From Mustelus asterias (taxonomy: Eukaryota): DNA of 64,000 nt. The position numbers and the translations under genes were made by a program. The stretch covers positions 21,328,001 to 21,392,000 of the forward strand of contig NC_135822.1 in NCBI RefSeq assembly GCF_964213995.1, given 5' to 3'. How positions within the stretch are numbered: position 1 is the first letter of the stretch; each line of letters opens with the position of its first letter. Below, in pieces: positions 1-44,831 of the stretch. Below the pieces are notes generated by a model that saw only the letters and a list, made by a program, of their open reading frames with translations, was not told the DNA's origin and searched no databases.

Positions 1-97
1 AAACTGATAGCAACCTATCAATCTGGGTAAAGAATTGCGAGAAGGTAGAGGACAGCGTAGGGATAATTGATATGGCTCTTTAATCACCTGCCTGTGG

Positions 98-1386
98 TTG
101 AAGAGCTCCCTCCCGCGTTGCAATGCAGATTCCACCCACTATGGTGAACAACCATGTGGCAACGACCAGAGAAATACAGGAAACCGCACCAACCCTTGTA
201 CATGCCCTTCTTTGACCTCAAGAGTCAACGTAGTCAATCACAAGGCATTATGGATCGTACTCCTGTTTGGCTGCCCCCAAAAGTGTATCACCATCCCCTG
301 CCTGCTCCATGATGACATGCAAGTCCTGATTCCTGACCAACCGATCCACCGACATTCTTCTCAATCTTGCTTGCTGCAATGCTCCAGCTCACGCTCAAAG
401 CTCCCCGCAAGAGTGCAGCTAAACCACAGAACAAATAGGAATCTGTTCACCATTTGCTGCCTGCAGGTCAGATCGAAGGCCATCCTGTGCAATCCTCTGT
501 CATTGAACTATAGTAAGCAGACAATGCTTCTGTCTGTGCAAATTCAATGAGGCTGAGCGCCAAGCCATTGTCAACATTTTCACCAAGGCATACAACATCT
601 GTAAGACAAAGGTCGTCGCCCAATCTGTCCCTGCCACACAATAATAACCCCCAGGTTATCAAAATTCACGAGACCTTGGTCAACATGGCCACTTTCCATA
701 TGTTGGAGGCCTCAGGGCAGATACTGACGACGAGGTTCAATGCTGCCTTCAATGTGCCAGTGCAACCTTTGGTCACCTGAGGAAAAGAGTAGTGCAAGAC
801 CAGAACCTCAGACCTAGCACCAGTCTCATAGTCTACAGCACAGTAATGATACCCACCCTCTTATTTGGCTCAGAGATGTGGACTATGTACAGCAGGCACC
901 TCAAAATCCTGGAGAAGAATCACCAGCGCTGCCTCCGCAAGATCCAATAAATCCATTGGCAGGATTTGTGTGGGCCAAATTGTCCAGATGCCCGATAGGA
1001 GACTCTTGAAACAAGTACTCTACCTGGAGCTCTGACACAGCATGCAGACACTGCCCAGGAGGGCAGAGAATACGCTTCAAGGACACCCTCAAAGCCTCCT
1101 TGAAATAGTGCAACATCCCCATCGGCACATGGGAATCCCGAGCCCAAGACTGCCCAAAGTGGAGGAAAAACACCTCCAGTTTCATCAGCGAGCTAGCCGA
1201 TCCTAAGTGTTGACAATAAAAGGAGCACATGACAACCCGGGCACCCCAACCACCTACTCCTCCAATCATTGTCTGCCCCACATGTGACTCTCGCAGTAGG
1301 TTGCGCACTGGACTCTTAGATCACCTGAGAACTCATTTTTAGTGTGGAAGCAAGTCATCCTTGACTCCAAGGGACTGCCTAAGAAG
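98..1386 (+). mobile_element. Decayed RTE-clade LINE (RT and 3' part)
   Basis: VNHKALWIVL.FGCPQK..LLHDDM RT motif; HQRCLRKI and RFKDTLK-like C-terminal motifs; many stops. Confidence 0.75.
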
Positions 1387-1917
1387 TAAGAAATGACATG
1401 AACTCAAAATTGGCAGGATATTAGTGGTGGCCCCAGGGATCTGCACTGGGCCCTTATCACAATATTTACAAATGACTTTCATAAAGTAATAGGAAGTTGT
1501 ACATCTAAGTTTGCTGCTAGCATTAAGTTAGATGGCACAGTAAATGTGCGCAATGGCAAGTCAAGGTGCAGTGATAGATTAAGTGGGCAAAATGGCAGAT
1601 GGAATTTGGTGTTCACTTTGGGATCACGAAAGATAAATCAGAATACTTTCCAAATGAGAAAAATCTTGAAACTGTTGATGGTCAGAGATTTCACAACTGA
1701 AGCCCTAAGAATTTTACTAAGAAGTGGGGAAAGGATCAGGAATCAGGTAGATAAGTGGAGTTAAGATGCAAATCAGCCACAATTCAATGATGGAACAGGC
1801 TCAAGGGGCTGAATGGCCTGCTCCTGTTCCTAGGTTCCTCCTCTGCACAATGGAAATAAAATTTTACCGAAATTGGTACGTGTCTGGGGGAGGGAAGTTT
1901 AAATCCCAATGACTTAC

Positions 1918-2021
1918 CGACTATGTTTCCAGGCACCCCGTATGTCCTTTAGTTTATTATTTCTCATATTCTCAACGGAAAAGACAAAGAGATTCTTGTA
2001 GGTGTCCACACATTTTCTTAA
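1918..2021 (-). CDS. MRTO4: MRTO4 exon 3 (104 nt)
   Basis: tttttag acceptor, [35 protein letters not shown], donor gtaagt. Confidence 0.94.
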
Positions 2022-5000
2022 CTAAAAAAAAAGCCAATGAATATCAGTAATGAGGGTTCATACAAAAAAATCAACATACTTTGGTCAATTTTCTACCAGA
2101 TAAATTAAAGGATTAAGAACCATACAGCAACTTGAATGTATATAACCTTTTGAATAGAGGAAAACTCTAGTTAGTGTCAGAGGTTCATGTTTCCTCATTG
2201 CAGTTGAGGGGTGGAGGGGCTCAAGGATACAATCAGTATAGATATGTCGGGGTTATTTTTATTCTTGTTATGGTCCAGCCACATCTCACTAAATCAAGAG
2301 ATCAAAACTGGGTTGTATCAGGGTTGGGGAAGAGAGTGAGGATTTCATTGGAGAAAAAGGCATCAAAGGGGGAGGTGAGGGTGTTTCTCTTTAGCAAAAT
2401 GACAGCTGGGAATATGTTGTTTTAAGTTATTTGACAAGGAAGGCGGGACAAGAATTTCCCAGAGTCGGAATGGGAACAAAAGAGTTGTCAGGGAAAAAGT
2501 TGGACCTCTCAGGGACAAAGGAGGGGAATTATGCTGAGAACCCAAGGGAATAGGGGAGATCCTAAATGAATACTTTGCATCGGTATTCACAAAGGAGAGG
2601 GACTTGTTGACTGGGAGTGTCTCAGAGGGAGGTGTTGACCCGTTAGAGAGAATCTCCATTACAAGGGAGGAAGTGTTAGGTTTTTTAGGTAACATTAAAA
2701 CTGGCAAATCCCTAGGGCCTGATGGCATCTATCCTAGACTGCTCAGGGAGACTAGAGATGTAATTGCTGGGCCTCTGACGGAAATCTTTGTCTCTTCATT
2801 GGACACAGGTGAGGTCCCTGAGGATTGGAGGATAGCGAATGTGGTACCGTTATTTAAGAAGGGTAGCAGGGATAACCCGGGTAATTATAGGCCAGTGAGC
2901 TTCACGTCTGTGGTAGGGAAGTTGTTGGAGAGGATTCTTAGAGACAGGATGTATGCGCATTTAGAACGGAACAATCTCATTAGTGACGGGCAGCATGGTT
3001 TTGTAAGAGGGAGGTCGTGCCGTACAAATTTGGTGGAGTTTTTTGAGGAAGTGACAAAAACGGTTGACGAAGGAAGGGCTGTGGATGTCGTCTATATGGA
3101 TTTCAGTAAGGCATTTGACAAAGTCCCTCATGGCAGGTTGGTTAAGAAGGTTAAGGCTCATGGAATACAAGGAGAGGTGGCTAGATGGGTAGAGAACTGG
3201 CTTGGCCACAGGAGACAGAGGGTAGTAGTCGAAGGGTCTTTCTCCGGCTGGAGGTCTGTGACCAGTGATGTTCCGCAAGGCTCTGTACTGGGACCTCTGC
3301 TATTTGTGATATATATAAATGATTTGGAAGAAGGTGTAACTGGTGTTATCAGCAAGTTTGCGGATGACACGAAGTTGGCTGGACTTGCGGATAGTGATGT
3401 ACATTGTCGGGCAATACAGCAGGATATAGATAGGCTGGAAAATTGGGCGGAGAAATGGCAGATGGAATTTAATCCAGATAAATGCGAAGTGATGCATTTT
3501 GGAAGAACTAATGTAGGGGGGAGTTATACAATAAATGACAGAGCCATCAAGAGTATAGAAACACAGGGACCTAGGTGTGCAAGTCCACAAATCCTTGAAG
3601 GTGGCAGCACAGGTGGAGAAGGTGGTGAAGAAGGCATACGGTATGCTTGCCTTTATAGGACGGGGTATAGAGTATAAAAGCTGGAGTCTGATGTTGCAGC
3701 TGTATAGAACGCTGGTTAGGCCACATTTGGAGTACTGCGTCCAGTTCTGGTCGCCGCACTACCAGAAGGACGTGGAGGCTTTAGAGAGAGTGCAGAGAAG
3801 GTTTACCAGGATGTTGCCTGGTATGGAGGGTCTTAGCTATGAGGAGAGATTGGGTAAACTGGGGTTGTTCTCCCTGGAAAGACGGAGAATGAGGGGGAGA
3901 CCTAATAGAGGTGTACAAAATTATGAAGGGTATAGATAGGGTGAACAGTGGGAAGCTTTTTCCCAGGTCGGAGGTGACGATCACGCGGGGTCACGGGCTC
4001 AAGGTGAGAGGGGCGAGGTATAACTCAGATATCAGAGGGACGTTTTTTACACAGTGTGGTGGGGGCCTGGAATGCACTGCCAAGTAGGGTGGTGGAGGCA
4101 GACACGCTGGCATCGTTTAAGACTTACCTGGATAGTCACATGAGCATTCTGGGAATGGAGGGATACAAATGAATGGTCTAGTTGGACCAATGAGCGGCAC
4201 AGGCTTGGAGGGCCGAAGGGCCTGTTTCCTGTGCTGTACTGTTCTTTGTTCAAATGTGAGGAAAAATGACCAGAGAAGGCCTGGCCTGTGGTCTACAGGA
4301 TCAGAGCAGAGGAGGAGATAGAATTGGGCAGCATGGTGGCACAGTGGTTAGCACTGCTACCTCACAGGGACCCAGGTTCAATTCTGGCCTCAGGTGACTG
4401 TGTGGAGTTTGCACGTTCTCCCTGTGTCGTTGTGGGTTTTCTCCCAGAGTACAAAGATGTGCAGGTTAGATGGATTAGCCATGGTAAATGTGTAGGGTTA
4501 GGGGAATAGGGCCTGGGTAAGATGTCAGAGAGTCAGTGCAGACTCCATGGGCCGAATGACCTCCTTCTGCACTGTCGGGTTCTACGAATAGTGTCCTGAG
4601 GCGCCGCTCTTCCTGCCACAACGTGACCAATGCGATTATTGACTCACCTCCTCGATCAGGTTCTGTTTGACTTTCAATCCTTTCTTTGTTGTTTTAGTCA
4701 AAGAAACTGCAAAAATAATATATAAAAAGGAGTGAGTGCATTGAACAATTCAACCAGCGAGACTCAGACTAGAACCGACCATTTAGGGCCCCGAGCATCG
4801 GGTCCAGGTTGGTCGAACGGTACCAGGTTGGTGGGCGGCACGGTTGCACAGTGGTTAGCACTGCTGCTTCAGAGCTCCAGGGACCTGGGTTCGATTCCCG
4901 GCTTGGGTCACTGTCTGTGTGGAGTTTGCACATTCTTCTCGTGTCTGCGTGGGTTTCCTCCGGGTGCTCCAGTTTCCTCCCACAGTCCAAAGATGTGCGG

Positions 5001-5268
5001 GTGAGGTTGATTGGCCATGCTAAAATTGCCCCTTAGTGTCCTGGGATGCGTAGGTTAGAGTTATTAGTGGGTAAATATGTAGGGGTATGGGGGTAGGGCC
5101 TGGGTGGGATTGTGGTCGGTGCAGACTCGATGGGCCGAATGGCCTCTTTCTGTACTGTAGGGTTTCTATGAATCTCTCGGCTTCACCCAAAGAAAACCTC
5201 TTGATTTGGCCCATCTCCCCGGGACAGAGACGACTCTTACCCCGCTTGTCGCGCCGGGATCGCGGCAT
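1918..5268 (-). CDS. MRTO4: mRNA turnover protein 4 homolog (ribosome maturation factor), exons 1-3; gene continues beyond left edge
   Basis: Spliced translation [64 protein letters not shown] matches the recalled MRTO4 N-terminus; GT-AG junctions in consistent phase; head-to-head with EMC1 as in other vertebrates. Confidence 0.95.
2430..4251 (+). mobile_element. Young 5'-truncated CR1 LINE
   Basis: ORF 2604-3677 with [21 protein letters not shown] and FADD; 3' (TGTTCTT)n tail; few frameshifts. Confidence 0.95.
4326..4590 (+). mobile_element. tRNA-derived SINE (degenerate)
   Basis: ggtggcacagtggttagcactg A-box head, B-box-like ggttcaattc, CR1-like tail. Confidence 0.85.
4648..4706 (-). CDS. 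MRTO4: MRTO4 exon 2 (59 nt)
   Basis: ttttgcag acceptor, [20 protein letters not shown], donor gtgagt. Confidence 0.93.
4833..5172 (+). mobile_element. tRNA-derived SINE, full length (shark HE1-like)
   Basis: A/B boxes, conserved body, tail ctgtactgtagggtttctatga; many copies in window. Confidence 0.9.
5241..5268 (-). CDS. MRTO4: MRTO4 coding exon 1 (28 nt)
   Basis: ATG at 5268-5266, MPRSRRDKR+G, donor gtaaga. Confidence 0.93.
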
Positions 5269-5748
5269 TGTGCCGGGCTCCGGGGATCGTCCGGGTGGGG
5301 TGTCGCCGGTCCAGGGGTCTCTCGCCGCTCGGACTGTCCGGTGTCCGGGAGGGGAGTCTCTCGCCGCTCGGACTGTCCGGGATCTTTCGCCGCTCCGGAC
5401 CTGTCTCTTCACTCACGCCGCCTCAGTGTGCCCAGGACCCCGTGCCGCACGGTGTTATGGGATTATGGGTGCCTTCACTCCGCCGGAATATTTACACAGG
5501 GTTGAAAACCAGATGCGCGAAATCAAACTCGGAAACCTGTCGGGTTTTACAGGATCATCCAAATAACAAAGCTCCGGGACATAGACTCAAACTACACCCC
5601 CATTAGGAGCTTCCCGAAGATCGAAGAAGCGTGCTCCCGGTGCACTCTGGGATTCTGGAGGACCCGGCTCTCCCGCTCTGCACTCTGGGATTCTGGAGGA
5701 CCCGGCTTTCCCGCTCTGCATTCTGGGATTCTGGAGGACCGAGCAGTG
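5269..5748. promoter_or_regulatory. Bidirectional CpG-rich promoter shared by MRTO4 and EMC1
   Basis: Divergent start codons 480 bp apart; locally high GC/CpG from ~5220 to 6060; ZNF143/Staf-like TCCCAGAgTGCA motifs on minus strand. Confidence 0.8.
5641..5740. repeat. 38-bp tandem repeat, ~2.6 copies, each with a ZNF143/Staf-like site
   Basis: tgcactctgggattctggaggacccggct unit starts at 5641, 5679 and 5717. Confidence 0.85.
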
Positions 5749-38397
<32,649 letters not shown>

Positions 38398-39861
38398 ATA
38401 CCATCGGCGCAGAAGAGAGTAGTTGTTTTGCAGTAGAGAGGAACAGAAGATGGGTGCAACCTTTTATCAGGGATCCCAGTGGAGTTGATGCTCTTGTGCC
38501 CATGTACATACTATGTATATTTTTTGTAACACACTCTCATTATGAGAAGCAGAGTGATGGACACTTTCATGAGTAGATTTTTAAAAAAAGATTGGTTTAA
38601 TTGCTGTAAAAAAAAAATTGAAGCATTTCTATTGATCAGAAATTTTTTTGAGGTAAAAGATATTTTTGTTCCTGCAGAGCTTGGAGCTAAAACGGGAGCT
38701 GTTGAAAGTGAGATGTTATGATTAATAACAAAGATGAATTTGAAAGTTTCCCACTGCTGCGCGTTAAATCTTTAGCTTTCGTTGTGTTTTTGGAGCTAGT
38801 TGATATTTGATAATAGAACATGGATGTTGCATCCGGCTCAGGTTCCCCTTTAAACACAAGTGCCGGAGACTAGTTTCATTGTCAGGACACTGGACAGAAA
38901 ACCTCAATCTTGTACACAATTTAAGTTGTCCAGTGTTCTGGTGTTGTTCTTTTTGGTCTAATGTTCATTTTGTGAGGCAGGTTTGAAATCTTTTCGAAAG
39001 AGCTTGTCTGCAATGCTAAGGCACTGCCACCAGATGTTGCTGGAGTGTTTTCTTTTGTCTGGCTCGGCACTGGATCCACATGGTTGTGGGAGGTGCACGG
39101 CATCCTCCACCCTTGGGCGTCACCTTGAGTCCCAACACTTCTCGAAGGACAATAAATTATTGACTTGGCATTTTTAAAATTTTAGTGCCATGATTATGTT
39201 GTCTTCTCCCAGTGTAATGAACAATCCCACTTTGCGGTGTTGCATGTTGATGGTTTTGTGAGGAATGGTTGATTGTGGATTGCTGATTGATTACTTACAT
39301 GAATATGAAATAGTTGCTGTTAATTGTTTTGATTGAAATGCTGAAGCTTGTATGGGGGAGTTTGGGTGGGGGGGGGGAAGGGTGGGCAGCGGCGGCGGCG
39401 AGTGTGCATGTACCTTCAGTGTCAACTGGCAAATGCATTGAAATACAAAAATATTCTGAATTAACAGTTGCAACTTGCAAGTATACCCTAGGAATAGAAG
39501 ATTTTGACTGTTTTATGATTTTAAGTTATGGATGCTTGATACTGAACTCCTGAAAACCTTGACTGGATTTTAGGGCCAACTAAGATTGTGCAATGGGTGG
39601 GTGAGTGAACAGGATTAAAGCCAGATCTGTGTGAATATCTGAGATTCTAATCATGTGCCCAAGTTTCAGCGTCGTGTTGCAGGAGAGGGAGGGTTAGAAT
39701 GACAGCACTAAGCTTTTGCAGGTTAGTTACATGTCTTCTCTCCCATTCCTGTAATTCGAGTACAGCCACATCAAAAACATTAATACTTGAAACTGATGCA
39801 TTGAAATTTGTTGAATAGTATATACTAATTTATGTTTCATGAGTTGTTTTTGAAACCACTA

Positions 39862-39867
39862 AATAAA
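39862..39867 (+). terminator. EMC1: Probable EMC1 polyadenylation signal (AATAAA), ~1.5-kb 3'UTR
   Basis: AATAAA followed ~20-35 nt later by a T-rich element; repeat-free DNA between stop and this site. Confidence 0.6.
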
Positions 39868-40654
39868 ATGTTACTGTGACATTCAACTTGTTCTTTTTCT
39901 GAGCTGCTGAGGATGTAATATTTAACCAAATGTGTTGTGCAGCTTATATTTGGATAACAACTAGGTCCACAGTAATGCTTTCTAAGCATCTAGTCTTGTA
40001 AGGTCATGGGTGTCTGCTTTCCTGCAGAGTCTGTTACAATTTGATTGCCTTAATTTTTGAGGTTATTAAATGCTGCTAATTGTAACAGCTATTTTTTCCA
40101 TTTAATACCCAATATATGTTGTAAAGTAGTTCCTGTTGAAATGAGCTTCCACCGCCACTTTATATGAAAATGTCTGGAATTGTGTATTTTAAAAGCGGTT
40201 TTATACCATCAGTGAAACAGGAGGGTCCCACAAACAGCAATGAAATAATCAACAATGTTTTTGTGACATTGGTTGAGAAAATTGTTGGCCAGGGCATCTG
40301 TGGAATACTCCAGTAATGCCATGTGATGATTTGTACCACCTGAATGGGCAGACAGCCTCTCTGATGGTATAGCACTGAAACGTCAACCCAGATTATGTGC
40401 CCAAGTCTTGGCATGGGGCTCAAACACACAGCAAGAATGTTGTTATTGAACCAAGGCTGGTACAATGTAAAAGTGAGTACATTCGTTAAAGATCTAATTT
40501 AAAATTTAGGAATTCTTTCCTCAGATCAAAAGTATGGACTTTCATGGATTTCTCTTAAGTTGGTCTCTTCAGCTTTAGGAGGAATAAGCACAAAGCAGAT
40601 GCAATTTTAATGAAATGTTTTGAGTATAAGTGCTCCTGTTGTTTCAAGTGATGG

Positions 40655-41285
40655 GAGATGGTGGCATAATGGTAATAGCACTGAACTAGTAATTCAGACG
40701 CCCAGGTTAATGTTCTGGGAATGTGAGTTCAAATCCACCATGGCAGCTAATGGAATTTAATGCAATTAATAAATCTGGAAGCTCTCTAATGGTGACCATG
40801 AAACTATTATTGATTGTTCTAAAGACCCATCTGCTTCACTAACAGCCTTTTAGGGAAGGAAATCAGTCATCCTTACCTGACCTATATGTGACTTGGGTCA
40901 CTGTCTGTGTGGAGTCTGCACATTCTCCCCATGTCTGCGTGGGTTTCCTCCGGGTGCTTGATCTCCTCCCACAGTCCAAAGATGTGCCATTGGCCATGCT
41001 AAATTGCCCTTTAGTGTCAGGGGGGCTAGCTAGGGTAAATGCATGGGGTTATGGGGTTAGGGCCTGGGTGGGATTGTGGTTGGTGCAGACTCGATGGGCC
41101 AAATGGCCTCCTTCTGCACTCTAGGATTCTATGATTCTATGACTCTATGACTCCTGACTTACAGCAATGTGGTTGACCTCTAACTGTCCTCTGAAATGTT
41201 TAGTTCAAGGGCAATTGGGGATGGACAATGAATGAAGGCTTTGCCAGTGATGCTCTCATCTTCTCCCATGAAATAATTTTTTTTA
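40655..41285 (+). mobile_element. Second-family SINE with nested main-family SINE (40891-41150)
   Basis: Host SINE interrupted at atgtgact and resumes at ~41150. Confidence 0.8.
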
Positions 41286-44140
41286 AAAAACACTCTTGAT
41301 ACAACCAAGCGTTCCACCTTATCAGCAATTTCAAAGTTCACTCAGACAAATTTGGTTTGACTTTTTCAGCATAACAGCTCATACACGATGGGGGAGAGAT
41401 AATTATAGTGAGAGGAGGCTGGTATGGGTAATAAAATCTGGTACAGACCACTTTGGCCAAATTACCTATTTCCATGTTGTAGCTTTGACGTAACTGATGA
41501 CCTAACCATCCCATTTTTAGTATTCCTTTATGTTGATAGTTTCTTTTCCATTCCTCTTGACCTAGGGATGTGTATCATTTCCATTGAAGACTATTTATCT
41601 TTATTAAGCATCTTGAGGACTGGGGCGAGATTACAGATGTGATGTGACAGTTGTAAACTAGACAGGGAGTGGAGGCCATGCAGTAAGAGGTACTAACAAC
41701 ACATAATTGTTTAACGTTTCTTTATTACTGAGCTGCTAACTGAAGCTATCCATGTGGCAAGTGAGTGCGATGCACTTAATTAAGTGGATAAAACTTTTGC
41801 AGATGGAGTTCAAAATGCGAAGTATTTGGTCATCCACTTTGGAACCTTGAAGGATCAGAGTTATTGAGGGGTCCAATACAGAAAGTACTAAAGTTAGTGA
41901 ATAGGTACAAAATATAATTCACAAGACTACTGGAATGTTGGCTGTTGTTTTGAGGGCTGGAAGTTTAGTTACAGTTGTATACACTCTGATTAAACTTAAT
42001 TTAGAATACTTTAGAGATCAGTAAGTGGTTGCAAGAGCAGTGGGAGAAAGACATCACCTGAGTGAGATACAATTCGAGTGAGCATATATAGGAATTTGGA
42101 GAATACTAGGAATCTGGGGCAGAGGGCAAAGAGGTGCCCTTTTTTTTTGCTTTCTAACTTTTTACCCTTCAGAAATTGGTCTTCCAGGGGTAGAGGATAT
42201 TTGGTGAGTATTTCGGCTGCTGTGAGGCAGCAGCGGGGGAAGAAAGACATAACCGTGAGGTCACAAGAAACTGGTAAGTTGATTGACCGGTAAGTGCTCA
42301 GTGTGAAGGGATAGTGTGTGAAAAACTTGCCTCTGGAATAAGGGAAAGTTGGGGCCTAATATAGTAAGGTGATACAAGTAGCTCAAAATAGAACAGAGTT
42401 ACAAGTAAAACAAAAAAAATGGAGTGCACATTAGGGTTTTAAACAGTGCACATCTTGGTGGTTATCTAAGTTATATAAAATGCACCATAAATAAGTAAAT
42501 AGTTTTATTAAATAATTATTTAGAACACATTAAGGATGGCAGGACAGGTGATGTTCCAAGGCTGCAGAATGTGGGAACTCCTGGATAACATAATGATCCA
42601 GGGCAAACACATCTGCAGTAAGTGTTTGTGACTTGAGGAACTTTGGCTCAGAGTCATTGAGCTGGAGGCTGAGGTGTGGACGTTGCAGCACATCAATGAG
42701 GGGGGAGAGTTACCTGGATGCCTTGTTTCAGGAGGTGATCACACCACTTAGGATAGGGTCTTCAGGTTTGGAAAGTGGTCAGGGATAGGGGTGTGTGACT
42801 GCATGCGAGGCAAGTATGAGGACCCGAAGGGCAGGAGTGTCAGTGTCTGATATTGTCCAACAGGTTTGAGGTTATCTCAGCTTGTTTGGATGAGAGTGGG
42901 GGCTGCAGGGTGGATGAGCTGACTGGCAATGACACCGTGGTACAGGAAGCCATTCAAGTGGGGAGAAGCATGTAAAAATCTAGTGGTAGTAGGGGACAGT
43001 GTTGTGAAGAGATTGACAATTCTCTACAGCCAAGAGCCAGAGTCCAGATGCCTATGTTGCCTGCCTGATGCTACGGTTTGGAACATATGCACCAGGCTGG
43101 GGCAGAACTTGCAGTGGGAGAGGGAGGATCCTGTTGTTGTGGTCCATGTAGGTACCAATGACATGGGTAGAATGAAGAAAGAGGTTATGTATAGAGTTTG
43201 AGGAGCTAGGCATTAAATTAAAAATCAACCTCCAAGGTTATAATCTCTGGATTATTATCTGAACCATGTGCAAATTGGAATAGGGTACATAAAATTAGAT
43301 GAATATGTGGCTCAAAGACTGGTGTAGGAAGAGTGGGTTTCGGTTTGTGGGGCGCTGGCATCAGTACTGGGGAAAGTGTGGGCTGTACTGTTGGGATAGT
43401 CTATATCTGAACTGTGCTAGGACTAGTGTTCTTGCAAACCACTTAGCTGGGGAAGTAGAGACGGCTTTAAACTAAATGGAGTGGGGATGGTTCTGGAGAA
43501 GGGATATGTAGGCTTACAAAGCAAAAGGATATGGCAGCTATTTGGGTAATACCCAGAGTGTGACAGGAGAGACAGAATCTACAAACAAAAAATAACAGCA
43601 AAGAGAGTCAAAGGGGGTGGGGTGGGTGGGGGAGGGGGGGGGGGGGGGGGTGGCGGGGGAGCAAAATTAGTGGCCCTTAACTTATATGCATGTAGATTTT
43701 GGCACAAAATAAATTAATTACAGAGATGTGGTTACAAGGAGATCAAAGCTGCGAACCAATTATTCAGAGGTATGTGACTTCGTAAGGACAGGCAGGAAGG
43801 AAAGGGTAGTGGGTTAGCTTGGATAGTTTGAGATAGAATAAATACTACAGCAAGAAATGATCTTGGATTGGAAGATGTAGAATCCATATTGGTGGAGATG
43901 AGAAATAACAAGGGGAAGAATACACTGGTGGGAATAGTCTATAGGCCCCCCAAAACAGTAGCTATACTGTAGGATGGAGAATAAATTGGCAGATAATGAG
44001 GGCATGGGAAAAAGGTCAGTACATTAATCATGGATGATTAGAGATAAGATGTGGAGATGCCGGCGTTGGACTGGGGTAAACACAGTAAGAGGTTTAACAA
44101 CACCAGGTTAAAGTCCAACAGGTTTATTTGGTAGCAAAAG

Positions 44141-44184
44141 CCACACAAGCTTTCGGAGCTCCAAGCCCCTTCTTCAGGTGAGTG
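44141..44184 (-). ncRNA. Minimal type-I hammerhead ribozyme motif
   Basis: CAC CUGAAGA A GGGGCU ugg AGCUCC GAAA GC UU GUG. Confidence 0.68.
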
Positions 44185-44790
44185 GGAATTCTGTTCACAA
44201 ACAGGGCATATAAAGACACAGACTCAATTTACATGAATAATGGTTGGAATGCGAATACTTACAGCTAATCAAGTCTTTAAGAAACAAAACAACGTGAGTG
44301 GAGAGAGCATCAAGACAGGCTAAAAAGATGTGTATTGTCTCCAGACAAGACAGCCAGTGAAACTCTAGGGGTCCAGGCAACTGTGGGGGTTACAGATAGT
44401 GTGACATGAACCCAATATCCCGGTTGAGGCCGTCCTCGTGATCTGCTATTCGGGTAAGCGTTCTCCAAGGCGGTCTTCGCGACACACGACGGCGCAGAGT
44501 CGCTGAGCAGAGACTGATAGCCAAGTTCCGCACACACGAGGACGGCCTCAACCGGGATATTGGGTTCATGTCACACTATCTGTAACCCCCACAGTTGCCT
44601 GGACCTGCAGTTTCACTGGCTGTCTTGTCTGAGACAATACACATCTTTTTAGCCTGTCTTGATGCTCTCTCCACTCACGTTGTTTTGTTTCTTAAAGACT
44701 TGATTAGTTGTAAGTATTCGCATTCCAACCATTATTCATGTAAATTGAGTCTGTGTCTTTATATGCCCTGTTTGTGAACAGAATTTCCAC

Positions 44791-44831
44791 CCACCTGAAG
44801 AAGGGGCTTGGAGCTCCGAAAGCTTGTGTGG
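44791..44831 (+). ncRNA. Minimal type-I hammerhead ribozyme motif
   Basis: CAC CUGAAGA A GGGGCU ugg AGCUCC GAAA GC UU GUG. Confidence 0.68.

Noticed and set aside
2604-3677. 357-aa ORF as a host or novel reverse-transcriptase gene
   Set aside because: Ordinary CR1 ORF2 fragment, 5'-truncated and frameshifted, with a CR1 tail
4833-4910. tRNA genes suggested by A/B boxes
   Set aside because: They are heads of multi-copy SINEs with LINE-derived tails, not complete cloverleaf genes
5020-5606. Overlapping 99-159 aa ORFs across the promoter
   Set aside because: By-product of GC-rich, stop-poor sequence plus a SINE; only the 28-nt MRTO4 exon is supported
5641-5740. CRISPR-like array of short repeats
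   Set aside because: Units are contiguous with near-identical linkers, no unique spacers or cas genes, and the context is eukaryotic
43612-43660. Long poly-G tract as a regulatory G4
   Set aside because: Sits between ORF1 and ORF2 of a dead CR1; a simple homopolymer expansion of uncertain assembled length
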